Positions 8,059-15,704 of a stretch of 39,479 bases of DNA are shown here, in pieces. The notes beneath the pieces are model-generated. The model did no database searches. It was not told the DNA's origin and worked only from the letters and a program-made list of their open reading frames with translations. Within the stretch, counting starts at the first letter, position 1. Every line of letters begins with the position of its first letter. The stretch spans positions 1 through 39,479 of the forward strand of contig JALOBR010000002.1 of NCBI GenBank assembly GCA_023228195.1, written 5' to 3'. Source of the stretch: Candidatus Omnitrophota bacterium (GTDB taxonomy: Bacteria > Omnitrophota > Gorgyraeia > Duberdicusellales > 4484-171). A program made the position numbers and the translations under genes.

Positions 8059-8237
8059 ACTTGAGCCATTAACCACTCGCGCGCCCGCCGCGTTCGCCGG
8101 AAGGCAGGCGTGGCGGTCAGGTTCGGAGGTGATTTGGCTATCCACAGGATGTCCTGCTGGGCTATGCACTTTTCTCCTTGCTTCGCTAGGGGAAAAGTGC
8201 TGCCTCATTAAAAAATACTTGACTAAAAAGCCTTTAA

Positions 8238-8253
8238 TAGTAAAATTTTACTA
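8238..8253. promoter_or_regulatory. Perfect 16-bp palindrome TAGTAAAATTTTACTA (operator-like) in the divergent dus / ligase promoter region
   Basis: Exact inverted repeat, followed by a direct half-repeat TTAAAATTTTACTA at 8254-8267. Confidence 0.4.
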
Positions 8254-8269
8254 TTAAAATTTTACTAAA

Positions 8270-8400
8270 GCACCTCGGCTTTAATGTGGCGCCGAGTGCG
8301 TGCTTTCTGCACAGCACCTCGGCTTTAATGTGGCGCCGAGTGCGTGCTTTCTGCACTGCACCTCGGCTTTAAAGGAATGCCGAGTGTGCGCTTTCTGCGC
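8270..8400 (+). repeat. Three tandem copies of a 44-nt stem-loop module abutting the RBS of the acyl-CoA ligase gene
   Basis: Units are 8270-8313, 8314-8357 (43/44 identical) and 8358-8400 (diverged). Each has CTCGGC-loop-GCCGAG and GTGC-TTTCT-GCAC hairpins. In unit 3 the second hairpin is GCGC-TTTCT-GCGC. Confidence 0.8.
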
Positions 8401-8415
8401 AAGGAGGACCCATAT

Positions 8416-9996
8416 ATGAATGTAAAAGAGTTGCTTATAAACCAGGCTTCGTTGTTTCCTCAAAAAAGCGCTTTTATCTTTGAAGGCAAAGAAACAACTT
8501 TTTTGCAACTTAAGGATGCCGCATTTAAGATCGCCAGTTATTTTACAAGGCAAGGCATAAAAAAGCCAGATAAAATTGCTATTTTTACCCCAAACACCCC
8601 GGATGCTATTTGCGCGCAGATGGCAGCATATTCAATAGGTGCAACTTTAATACCTTTTGATTTCATGCTTACGGAAAATGAAATCATTCATTTCTTAAAC
8701 CATAGCGAAGCAAAAGTGTTAATTATGCAGCCGAGAAAGGATATAAACGTATTAAACATCCGGGAAAACTGTTATTCGGTAAAATATATAATAACCTGTA
8801 AGGATCATCTTCCCGATTGCGATTTTCTTGATGATATATTGGCAGAGGAAAGTAGTGACGCCCCGGCGCCTTCATCTTCGGATGAAGACCTTGCGGCGGT
8901 ATTCTATACATCCGGTTCAACCGGGCACCCTAAGGGTGTAATGCTTAGCTATAAACAGTTTGATAACCCGGTCGATACGATAAATCATTTTTTGGGAGTT
9001 TCGGAAAATGATATTTATTGTACCGGCGGTATACCTTTTTCCCACGTGGGAGGGCTTAACTACCTGCTTTTAATGATTCGTTTTGCATCAACCGTTATCG
9101 TGATGGGAAGATTCCATCCGATGGAATTTTTGAAAAACATAGAAAAATATAAAGTTACAATATTCTGCATCGTGCCTTCGATGTATGTTGCAATTTTATC
9201 CTTAAAAGAATACGAAAGGTTTAACCTTTCATCTTTAAGATATTCAGTTGTTTTCGGTGCGCCTTCCTCGCCGATTTTGCTTAAGAAATTTCACAGGTCA
9301 TGTCCTAAAGCAATTGTTTTAAATGGATGGGGCATGACTGAAACCGCCGCTCCGAATACTTTTTCACCCCCGGATGAACACAAGATATCCAGCATAGGAA
9401 AATTCGGATTTCGTATGCAGGCAAAGATAATAGATGAAGAAGGGAAATCTTTATTGTATGGAGAAAAAGGCGAACTATTGGTTAGCGGAGAAGGTGTTAC
9501 CAGCGGTTATTACAGAGAGCCTACTTTAAGCTCGGATGCTTTTTGGGGAGAGGGTTGGCTTCGTACCGGTGATATTGCTTATTTTGGAAAAGACGGGCTG
9601 ATATATCTTTCCGGAAGGAAAAAAGACATGATAAAAGTTGCCGGAGAAATAGTTTTTTCATCGGAAGTCGAAGAAAAAATACAACTCTATCCAAAGGTTG
9701 AAGAAGCCGCTGTCATAGGTGTTGCCGATGAATTAAGAGGAGAAGTGCCTAAAGCTTTTATTGTTGCAAAAGAATCCGAAGCGATAGATACTCAGGAATT
9801 AAGGGGCTTTTTAAAAGAGCACCTGGCGCATTTTAAAATTCCCCATTATTTTGAATTAGTCAAAGAGCTTCCCAAAAATAGAGTTGGAAAGATTGATAAG
9901 CAGGCTCTTAAAAATACTGAAGAGGAACAAAACCAAAAAGAGGAATCGGACCAACAAGAGGAACCGAATCAACAAAGTGAAGGAGAAATATCATGA
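8416..9996 (+). CDS. AMP-dependent acyl-CoA/acyl-ACP synthetase-ligase (ANL superfamily)
   Basis: AAGGAGG at 8401-8407, 8 nt before ATG 8416. Motifs YTSGSTGHPKGV, GWGMTET, TGDIAYFGKDGLIYLSGRKKDMIKVAGE and PKNRVGKIDK. It has an acidic/Q-rich C-terminal tail. The tracked start at 8344 lies inside a tandem repeat. Confidence 0.9.
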   Translation: MNVKELLINQASLFPQKSAFIFEGKETTFLQLKDAAFKIASYFTRQGIKKPDKIAIFTPNTPDAICAQMAAYSIGATLIPFDFMLTENEIIHFLNHSEAKVLIMQPRKDINVLNIRENCYSVKYIITCKDHLPDCDFLDDILAEESSDAPAPSSSDEDLAAVFYTSGSTGHPKGVMLSYKQFDNPVDTINHFLGVSENDIYCTGGIPFSHVGGLNYLLLMIRFASTVIVMGRFHPMEFLKNIEKYKVTIFCIVPSMYVAILSLKEYERFNLSSLRYSVVFGAPSSPILLKKFHRSCPKAIVLNGWGMTETAAPNTFSPPDEHKISSIGKFGFRMQAKIIDEEGKSLLYGEKGELLVSGEGVTSGYYREPTLSSDAFWGEGWLRTGDIAYFGKDGLIYLSGRKKDMIKVAGEIVFSSEVEEKIQLYPKVEEAAVIGVADELRGEVPKAFIVAKESEAIDTQELRGFLKEHLAHFKIPHYFELVKELPKNRVGKIDKQALKNTEEEQNQKEESDQQEEPNQQSEGEIS

Positions 9997-10721
9997 TGCA
10001 AAGAGATGTCCATCTGCACGCAAAAGGATTACTTGAGTCTTTACAATTCCGCCAGGGTGATTTTGGCGAAATCGGCATTATCAGCGGACAGCACCAAAGA
10101 GCCCAAAGATGCCTTCAGTATTTGGAAAATCCCGTGAAAAATTTTACTTTTTTAGGTTACACCTTCTGGACCGGCTTATATAAAGGAAAGAAAGTAACTG
10201 TCGGTAACGGCGGTTTCTATGCGCCGGATTCAGCATTTGTTACGGAAATTTTATGCGCGGGGGGAATTAAAACGCTCATCCGGCTTGGTTCTTGCGGAGG
10301 CATGAAACAGGAAATGACTGTCGGAGATTTTGTCGTGGTCGATAAGGTAATAAGAGGCGACGGCGCAACGCGTTATTACGTTGACGATAATTTTGTGGCG
10401 CAAGTAGATAAAGAATTAACCGGTAAACTGGCAGAAATTTTTAAGAAGGAAGGCACGGTTTATCAGGGTGGATGCTGGACAACAGATGCGATGTTTAGAG
10501 AAACAAAAGAAATCGTAAATCCTTATATAGAAAAAGGCGCGATTTGCGTGGATATGGTAACAAGCCCGTTTGTTACGGTTTCCAATGTTTACAAAACGAA
10601 AGTCGCCGCAATTTTGGTAGTTTCAGATAATCTTTTAACCGGTGAGATGGGCTTTGCAGATTTTCGTTTATTTAACGCGGAAGAAAAAATGACAAAAACA
10701 ATATTCGAAATAATAAGTTAG
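9993..10721 (+). CDS. Nucleoside phosphorylase family-1 protein (PNP/UDP/MTAP-like)
   Basis: ATGA overlap with the ligase stop and AGGAG 7 nt upstream. LIRLGSCGG, a DxxIRGDG-type segment and ICVDMVTSP fit the PNP_UDP_1 fold. Confidence 0.75.
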   Translation: MMQRDVHLHAKGLLESLQFRQGDFGEIGIISGQHQRAQRCLQYLENPVKNFTFLGYTFWTGLYKGKKVTVGNGGFYAPDSAFVTEILCAGGIKTLIRLGSCGGMKQEMTVGDFVVVDKVIRGDGATRYYVDDNFVAQVDKELTGKLAEIFKKEGTVYQGGCWTTDAMFRETKEIVNPYIEKGAICVDMVTSPFVTVSNVYKTKVAAILVVSDNLLTGEMGFADFRLFNAEEKMTKTIFEIIS

Positions 10722-10738
10722 TTTTATAAGGGAGTTAT

Positions 10739-11002
10739 ATGCCAGAAATGCAATGGAGCGCGAAAGCCAAGGAAATTTTTGATAAGGTGATAAGCAACCT
10801 TCCGCAATTTCATCGTTCAATCGCCGAGAGATTGGTTAAGGAGTCAGCTGAAGAAATTGCAAAAAACAAAAAATTGACAATTGTGGAAGAGAAAGAACTG
10901 GTGGAAGCTTTTTTCCAGGAAATTCCCCCGGCCTTTAAGGATATGATGAAAAGGTTGTTTACTAAATTAGGTATTGAATACGAGAAATATGGAGTTTCTT
11001 GA
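10739..11002 (+). CDS. PCP-reductase-domain family small protein (87 aa)
   Basis: GGGAG RBS. W-S-x-x-A-K-x-x-F-x-K-V...P-x-F-x-R...A-E resembles the protochlorophyllide reductase 57-kDa C-terminal (PCP_red) domain pattern. Confidence 0.55.
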   Translation: MPEMQWSAKAKEIFDKVISNLPQFHRSIAERLVKESAEEIAKNKKLTIVEEKELVEAFFQEIPPAFKDMMKRLFTKLGIEYEKYGVS

Positions 11003-11078
11003 TGGTTCAGATTAGCGCAGACCCGCCTAAATAAAAATATCAAAGTGGCGGGGAAGCGGATGACTACAGATAAAAACC

Positions 11079-11119
11079 ATCCGCGATCATCTGTGATTTC
11101 TTATTTGTGATTATCTGTG
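11079..11119 (+). promoter_or_regulatory. Array of four ATCYRYG direct repeats (starts 11079, 11089, 11103, 11113) upstream of the PanE-fusion gene
   Basis: ATCCGCG-atc-ATCTGTG-atttctt-ATTTGTG-att-ATCTGTG. It aligns column by column with 3809-3849. Confidence 0.45.
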
Positions 11120-11135
11120 TAATAAAAAATATAAT

Positions 11136-12743
11136 ATGAAGATAGCAATAATAGGTCCGGGCGCGATAGGTGGTTTAGTCGCAGGGTATCTTAAGGAGCA
11201 AGGCGAAGATGTATTCCTCGTCGGCACCAAAGACGCGGTTGAGGCAATTAATAAGAAAGGCCTCTCAGTTTCCGGCGTGCGCGGGAATATTAAGGTAAAT
11301 ATTCAGGCGTCCCTTTCTTTAAATAAAAAAGTAGACCTTATAATTTTAGCTACTAAAACGCAGGACATAGAAAAAGCTTTAACGGAAAATAAGAAATACC
11401 TGGACGATACAATTATTCTAACCACGCAAAACGGCGTAGAGGCTGACGAAATTGTCGCGCAATTTATTCCCAAAGAAAATATCATCTCAAGTGTTGTGAT
11501 GTTTGGCGCGACACGTCTTACGCCAGGAGAGATAGTTCATAATTTTGAGAGAAAATGGGTAATCGGCAAGCCTTTCGGAAAAAATGATGATTGGGTTAAG
11601 CGGGTATCTATATTACTTGGCAGGATTTTTCCTATTGAAATAACTGATGATATTAAAGGAATGAAATGGCTTAAGGTTTTCGCAAATGCCAACAACTGTA
11701 TTCCCGGAATTACCGGCAAAAGCATGCAGGAATGTTTCGCTAATTTAGATTTATGCGAAATAAGTATCGGCATATGGCAGGAAGGTCTTGGCGCGATAAA
11801 AAAATCCGGAATACATCTTGTTAATCTTCCGGATTTTACTATCGAGCAGGTGACGAAACTTTCTTCTATGCCTATAAAAGAAGCAGCAAAGATATTCTCC
11901 GGCATAATGATAAATTTAAGCAAAGAGCCTTTATACGGCTCAATCTTACAGAGCATAAAAAGGGGTAAGCCTTCCGAGATAGATTATTTAAACGGAGCAT
12001 TCCTCAGCTTAGGAAGAAAAAATTCGTTCCATACGCCCCTTAATAAGAAATTAGTCGAACTTGTGAAAATAGTAGAAAAAAATAAAAAGTTTTTAAGCAT
12101 GGATGAATTAATCGCCAAAACTAAAAACCTGATTCCGCAAACAGGTTTCGCGGGAGAAGAAAGAGTAAACACGCCTTTCCCGCGCTTAAAATTAACTGTA
12201 AATAAAGTTGAAGGCGATTGTTATCATGGATACAAACAAGGCGATGAGATAATTTTAGAAGATTTCACTCATGCGCCGAAGCATTTTTGCCTGGGGCTTG
12301 CCCATGCGTTGTTTCCTGTAATTTACGCTTTAAGCTTTGGCGCAAAGTTTGGTTTCAGGGATAACCAGCGCTCGCTTCTGGTTACTTGCCCGGATGGCGG
12401 AAAACTGGAATTTAAGGCAGAAATTTTTGATAAAGAAGGAAAGGTTGAACAAATAGAAAAAGACCCAAACCATAAAGGGCCGAATCCGAAAGATATGGTT
12501 TTAGAGGTAGTCGAGTCAAAAGGTAAATGCGCTTATCAGTATAAGCTTGGAGATAAATTTGAAGTCAAAGGGCTTAAGTGCCCGGAAGGATTTTGCGGCG
12601 CAGCGTATCATTGCGCATTTCCGGCGCTCTTTGCGCTTAATTTCGGCGCGAAGTTTTTCTTTATGGATGACCCGGATGGCATTAATACTGTGACCTGTCC
12701 GGATGGCGGGAATATTGTGTTTAAGGTGAGCAGAAAAAAGTAA
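11136..12743 (+). CDS. Fusion protein: ketopantoate reductase-like (PanE/ApbA) oxidoreductase plus two tandem TIGR04076-like Cys-rich domains
   Basis: N-terminus IAIIGPGAIGG (Rossmann fold) and SILQSIKRGKPSEIDYLNG (ApbA_C). The C-terminus holds two about 85-aa repeats, each with ...C..G....FP.....FGAKF........TCPDGG..FK. The second repeat has CPEGFC. Confidence 0.8.
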   Translation: MKIAIIGPGAIGGLVAGYLKEQGEDVFLVGTKDAVEAINKKGLSVSGVRGNIKVNIQASLSLNKKVDLIILATKTQDIEKALTENKKYLDDTIILTTQNGVEADEIVAQFIPKENIISSVVMFGATRLTPGEIVHNFERKWVIGKPFGKNDDWVKRVSILLGRIFPIEITDDIKGMKWLKVFANANNCIPGITGKSMQECFANLDLCEISIGIWQEGLGAIKKSGIHLVNLPDFTIEQVTKLSSMPIKEAAKIFSGIMINLSKEPLYGSILQSIKRGKPSEIDYLNGAFLSLGRKNSFHTPLNKKLVELVKIVEKNKKFLSMDELIAKTKNLIPQTGFAGEERVNTPFPRLKLTVNKVEGDCYHGYKQGDEIILEDFTHAPKHFCLGLAHALFPVIYALSFGAKFGFRDNQRSLLVTCPDGGKLEFKAEIFDKEGKVEQIEKDPNHKGPNPKDMVLEVVESKGKCAYQYKLGDKFEVKGLKCPEGFCGAAYHCAFPALFALNFGAKFFFMDDPDGINTVTCPDGGNIVFKVSRKK

Positions 12744-12809
12744 CACATCATACGTATCGGATAACGCGTTTTTATGACGTGTTACGTGATGCAATTAAAG
12801 GAGTTTTAG

Positions 12810-14063
12810 ATGAGACGAGTAGTTATAACAGGCATAGGGGTAATTAGCGCGGCAGGCGAGGACAAAAATACTTTTTACGATAATCTTATCGCGGGTAAGC
12901 CTTTCGTTGAAAGGGTAGAAAACTTCGACGTAAGTTTATTTGTCTCAAAAATTGCTTCGCAGGATTTAGGTTTTGACCCGCTAAAATTCGGCATTAAAGA
13001 TCATTTTCGTATGGATAGGTATGTCCAATTCGGTATTGCCGCCGCAAAACAGGCAGTTGAGGACAGCCACATTGATTTCGATAAAATAAACAGGAAAAAA
13101 TGCGGTGTAATTTTAGCAAACGCAATTTGCGGAACGCGTTTTATGGAAGAGGAATTTCTGCTTGTAACCGATTGGGGAAAAAAGCCGATTGACTCAAGAA
13201 AGGGCAGGCCTTATCTTTATGATGCCGCCATGTTTAACACCCCAAGCGCGGAGATTGGGGCGATTTATCATACCCAGGGGCTTAATTGTACGATTTCAAC
13301 AGGGTGCACTGCCGCGACAGATTCGCTTGGGTTTTCTTTTGAGCTGATTCGTGAAGGCCGGCAGGATATAATTATTGCTGGCGGCACCGAAGCGCCGGTA
13401 TGCCCAATTACCTTTGGCGCATTTGATGTAGTAAATGTTTTAGCTAAAAATAATGATGAGCCGCACAAAGCAAGCCGGCCATTTGATAACAAGAGAAACG
13501 GTTTTGTAATTTCTGAAGCCGCAGGCGTTGTGATGCTTGAAGAATTAGAGCACGCAAAAAAGCGCGGTGCGCATATCTACGGAGAACTGGTCGGTTACGG
13601 CACAAGCTGCAATGCCTTCCATATGACGGATTTACCTGAAGACGGTGAGGCAATGGAGCGCTGCATTAAAGATGCGATTAAAGATGCGGGTATAAAAAAT
13701 GAAGATATAGATTATATAAATACGCATGGCTCATCTACCCGTCAAAATGATGTATTTGAAACAAATGCCTATAAAGCGGTATTCGGTGATTATGCTTATA
13801 AGCTTCCGATAAGTTCAATCAAGTCTATGATTGGGCATCCTTTGGCAGCGGCGAATGCTGTTGAAAGCGTTCTATGCGCAATGATTTTTGAAAAAGGATA
13901 TCTACCTCCTACGATAAATCAGGAAGAACCGGATCCAAAATGTGATTTAGATTATATCCCGAATGTAAAAAGACAATATATGCCTAATTACATATTAAAA
14001 ACAAGCAGCGGATTCTCTGGAATACATTCGTCGATTATATTTAAAAAATGGAGTGGAAAATGA
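12810..14063 (+). CDS. Type II PKS ketosynthase alpha (KSalpha)
   Basis: AAAGGAG RBS. VVITGIGVISAAG. Active-site Cys in TISTGCTAATDS (Cys166, TGC 13305-13307). The FHMTD and NTHGSST histidines complete the C-H-H triad. Confidence 0.88.
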   Translation: MRRVVITGIGVISAAGEDKNTFYDNLIAGKPFVERVENFDVSLFVSKIASQDLGFDPLKFGIKDHFRMDRYVQFGIAAAKQAVEDSHIDFDKINRKKCGVILANAICGTRFMEEEFLLVTDWGKKPIDSRKGRPYLYDAAMFNTPSAEIGAIYHTQGLNCTISTGCTAATDSLGFSFELIREGRQDIIIAGGTEAPVCPITFGAFDVVNVLAKNNDEPHKASRPFDNKRNGFVISEAAGVVMLEELEHAKKRGAHIYGELVGYGTSCNAFHMTDLPEDGEAMERCIKDAIKDAGIKNEDIDYINTHGSSTRQNDVFETNAYKAVFGDYAYKLPISSIKSMIGHPLAAANAVESVLCAMIFEKGYLPPTINQEEPDPKCDLDYIPNVKRQYMPNYILKTSSGFSGIHSSIIFKKWSGK

Positions 14064-15292
14064 AAGAAAGAGTAGCGATAACAGGCATCGGAGTTGTTTC
14101 ACCGGCCGGTTTAAAAAAAGAAACTTTCTGGGCAAATTTAAAACGCGGGGATTCCTTTATAGATGAAATTACGCGTTTTGACGCATCGCTTTATCCGTCA
14201 CGCATAGCCGGGCAGGTTCATGAGCTGGACCATTATTCGCATTTGCCAAGCCGTCTTGTAAAAAAGATTGATGTGTTTTCTCATATGGCATTAGTTGCCA
14301 GCGAACAGGCGCTTCAGGATGCAAAAATAGATTTAAATAACGTTGATAAAAAACGCGTGGGCATTTTTATGGGTAATGCTATCGGTGGATGGTTATTCGC
14401 AGAAACAGAACTGCGCGATATGTATATTGAAGGAAGAGAAGGCGTTTCTCCTTATATGGCTTCGGCATGGTTTCCTGCTGCGCCCCAGGGGCAAATTACA
14501 ATTTTTTATGGATTTAAGGGCTACAGCAAAACCGTAGTAGCCGATAAAGCTTCTTCCGCGCTTGCTCTGTGGTACGCGGCAAAAAATATAAGTGAAGGTA
14601 AAAATGATTACGTTCTTGCCGGAGGAATGGAAGCCCCGATTACGCCATACGCGCTTTTAAGCTCAAATTCCTGCGGCCAATTATCTAAAAACAACCTTAA
14701 TCCCAGAAAAGCTTATAAGCCTTATGATTTATATCGAGACGGTTTTGTTTTAGGTGAGGGCTCCGGAATAGTGAATCTCGAAAAAGAAGAACATGCCCAA
14801 AAAAGAGGTGCCCATATTTATGGATTTTTAAAAGGTGTCGGGTTTTCCTCGGATGGTTATCACTATGAGCGCTATAGCCCGAATTCAGAAAGTTTTGAAT
14901 ATGCAATAGAAGAATGCCTGAAAGACGCAGGTTGGACAAAAAAAGAAATAGATTATATTTGTTTGGACGCAGAAGCAACAACTTTTGGCGATTACCTTGA
15001 GACGCAGGCGCTTAAGAACGTATTTGGCAAAGAACTTAAAAATATTTCACTCAGCGCGCCAAAGAGTATGTATGGAAATCTTTTAGGGGCTCAAACGGCG
15101 TTAGATTTGATATCAACGCTATATTCGATGAGCAATAACCTGGTTTTCCCGACAATTAATTATGAGATGAATGATCCTTATTGTGATTTGGACTATACGC
15201 CAAACGTTGCAAAGGAAAGAAAGATAAATAAAGCATTGTTGTTCGCACGCGGCCGCGGCGGGATAAATGTGGTTTTGGCAGTAGAAAAGTAA
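14060..15292 (+). CDS. Type II PKS ketosynthase beta / chain-length factor (CLF)
   Basis: Thiolase-fold paralogue of the upstream KS without the active-site Cys (TVVADKASSALA aligns with TISTGCTAATDS). The second His is also lost (LDAEATTFGD). ATG 14060 overlaps the KSalpha stop as ATGA, with GGAG 6 nt upstream. An alternative start exists at 14048. Confidence 0.85.
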   Translation: MKERVAITGIGVVSPAGLKKETFWANLKRGDSFIDEITRFDASLYPSRIAGQVHELDHYSHLPSRLVKKIDVFSHMALVASEQALQDAKIDLNNVDKKRVGIFMGNAIGGWLFAETELRDMYIEGREGVSPYMASAWFPAAPQGQITIFYGFKGYSKTVVADKASSALALWYAAKNISEGKNDYVLAGGMEAPITPYALLSSNSCGQLSKNNLNPRKAYKPYDLYRDGFVLGEGSGIVNLEKEEHAQKRGAHIYGFLKGVGFSSDGYHYERYSPNSESFEYAIEECLKDAGWTKKEIDYICLDAEATTFGDYLETQALKNVFGKELKNISLSAPKSMYGNLLGAQTALDLISTLYSMSNNLVFPTINYEMNDPYCDLDYTPNVAKERKINKALLFARGRGGINVVLAVEK

Positions 15293-15444
15293 TTTAAAGG
15301 TATAACCCCGAAGTGTCTATATACTCAAAAAATATCTCATGAGAGTACTCATTAAATATTTTTTGAGAGCACTTCGGGATAGCTCGACTAAGTATTTTTT
15401 CATATTTACCATATGAAAAAATACAAGTCTCACTAGGAGGTTTT
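15293..15444 (+). promoter_or_regulatory. Conserved structured leader element, copy 2 (type B; AGTCTCACTAGGAGG at 15426-15440)
   Basis: Hairpin 1 is CCCGAAGTG...CACTTCGGG (15307-15378). It is followed by GACT, hairpin 2 GTATTTTTTCATA/TATGAAAAAATAC, AGTC, then the SD. It lies upstream of the ACP gene. Confidence 0.6.
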
Positions 15445-15675
15445 ATGGCGCTTAAGGAAGACGTTGTAAACGCGATTGCGGATATTTTAGATGTAAAGGC
15501 CGACGAAATAAAAGATAGCGAAACGCTGTATGATTCAATTGGCGTAGATTCAACGGAAATGGTTGAGCTTTGCGTTTCTTTGGGGAAAAAGTTTGGTATA
15601 AAAATTGCTACAAATGAAATAACAAAGTCTTCAACCCCGCTTGAGATAGCGGCGTTGGTAGAGAAAAAGAAATAA
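15445..15675 (+). CDS. Acyl carrier protein
   Basis: 76 aa, acidic. Phosphopantetheine site GVDSTEMVEL (Ser36, TCA 15550-15552). AGGAGG RBS. Confidence 0.88.
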   Translation: MALKEDVVNAIADILDVKADEIKDSETLYDSIGVDSTEMVELCVSLGKKFGIKIATNEITKSSTPLEIAALVEKKK

Positions 15676-15704
15676 TAATCAGCAGTAAGCACAATAGTCA
15701 GAAT

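Noticed and set aside
8059-8205. GC-rich island as SRP RNA, a tRNA or a known riboswitch (TPP, cobalamin, ZTP and c-di-GMP were checked by eye).
   Set aside because: GGAA-tetraloop, GTCAGG and AACCTGA strings are present, but in the wrong order or context for SRP domain IV or the TPP aptamer. There is no T-loop or cloverleaf and no B12 box. It is left as unclassified.
8059-8208. 50-aa N-terminal extension of the Dus ORF (tracked as 7081..8208).
   Set aside because: The extension (MRQHFSPSEARRKVHSPAGHPVDS...) has no Dus-like sequence. It lies in a GC-rich structured island, and canonical Dus N-termini begin near MIKIG...FLAPLAG. The start was moved to 8058.
8270-8400. Possible CRISPR array, because of the regular 44-nt repeats.
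   Set aside because: The units are directly adjacent with no spacers. There are only three copies and no cas genes in the window. It is a tandem repeat of hairpin modules, not a CRISPR array.
8281-8553. 90-aa minus-strand ORF, and the 24-codon upstream extension of the ligase ORF (8344-8415).
   Set aside because: Both are read through the tandem repeat, so their peptide sequences are internally repetitive. A perfect AAGGAGG RBS precedes ATG 8416.
14048-14059. Upstream ATG 14048 as the CLF start.
   Set aside because: ATG 14060 gives the classic ATGA stop/start overlap with KSalpha and has GGAG 6 nt upstream. 14048 has no RBS. It is kept only as an alternative.
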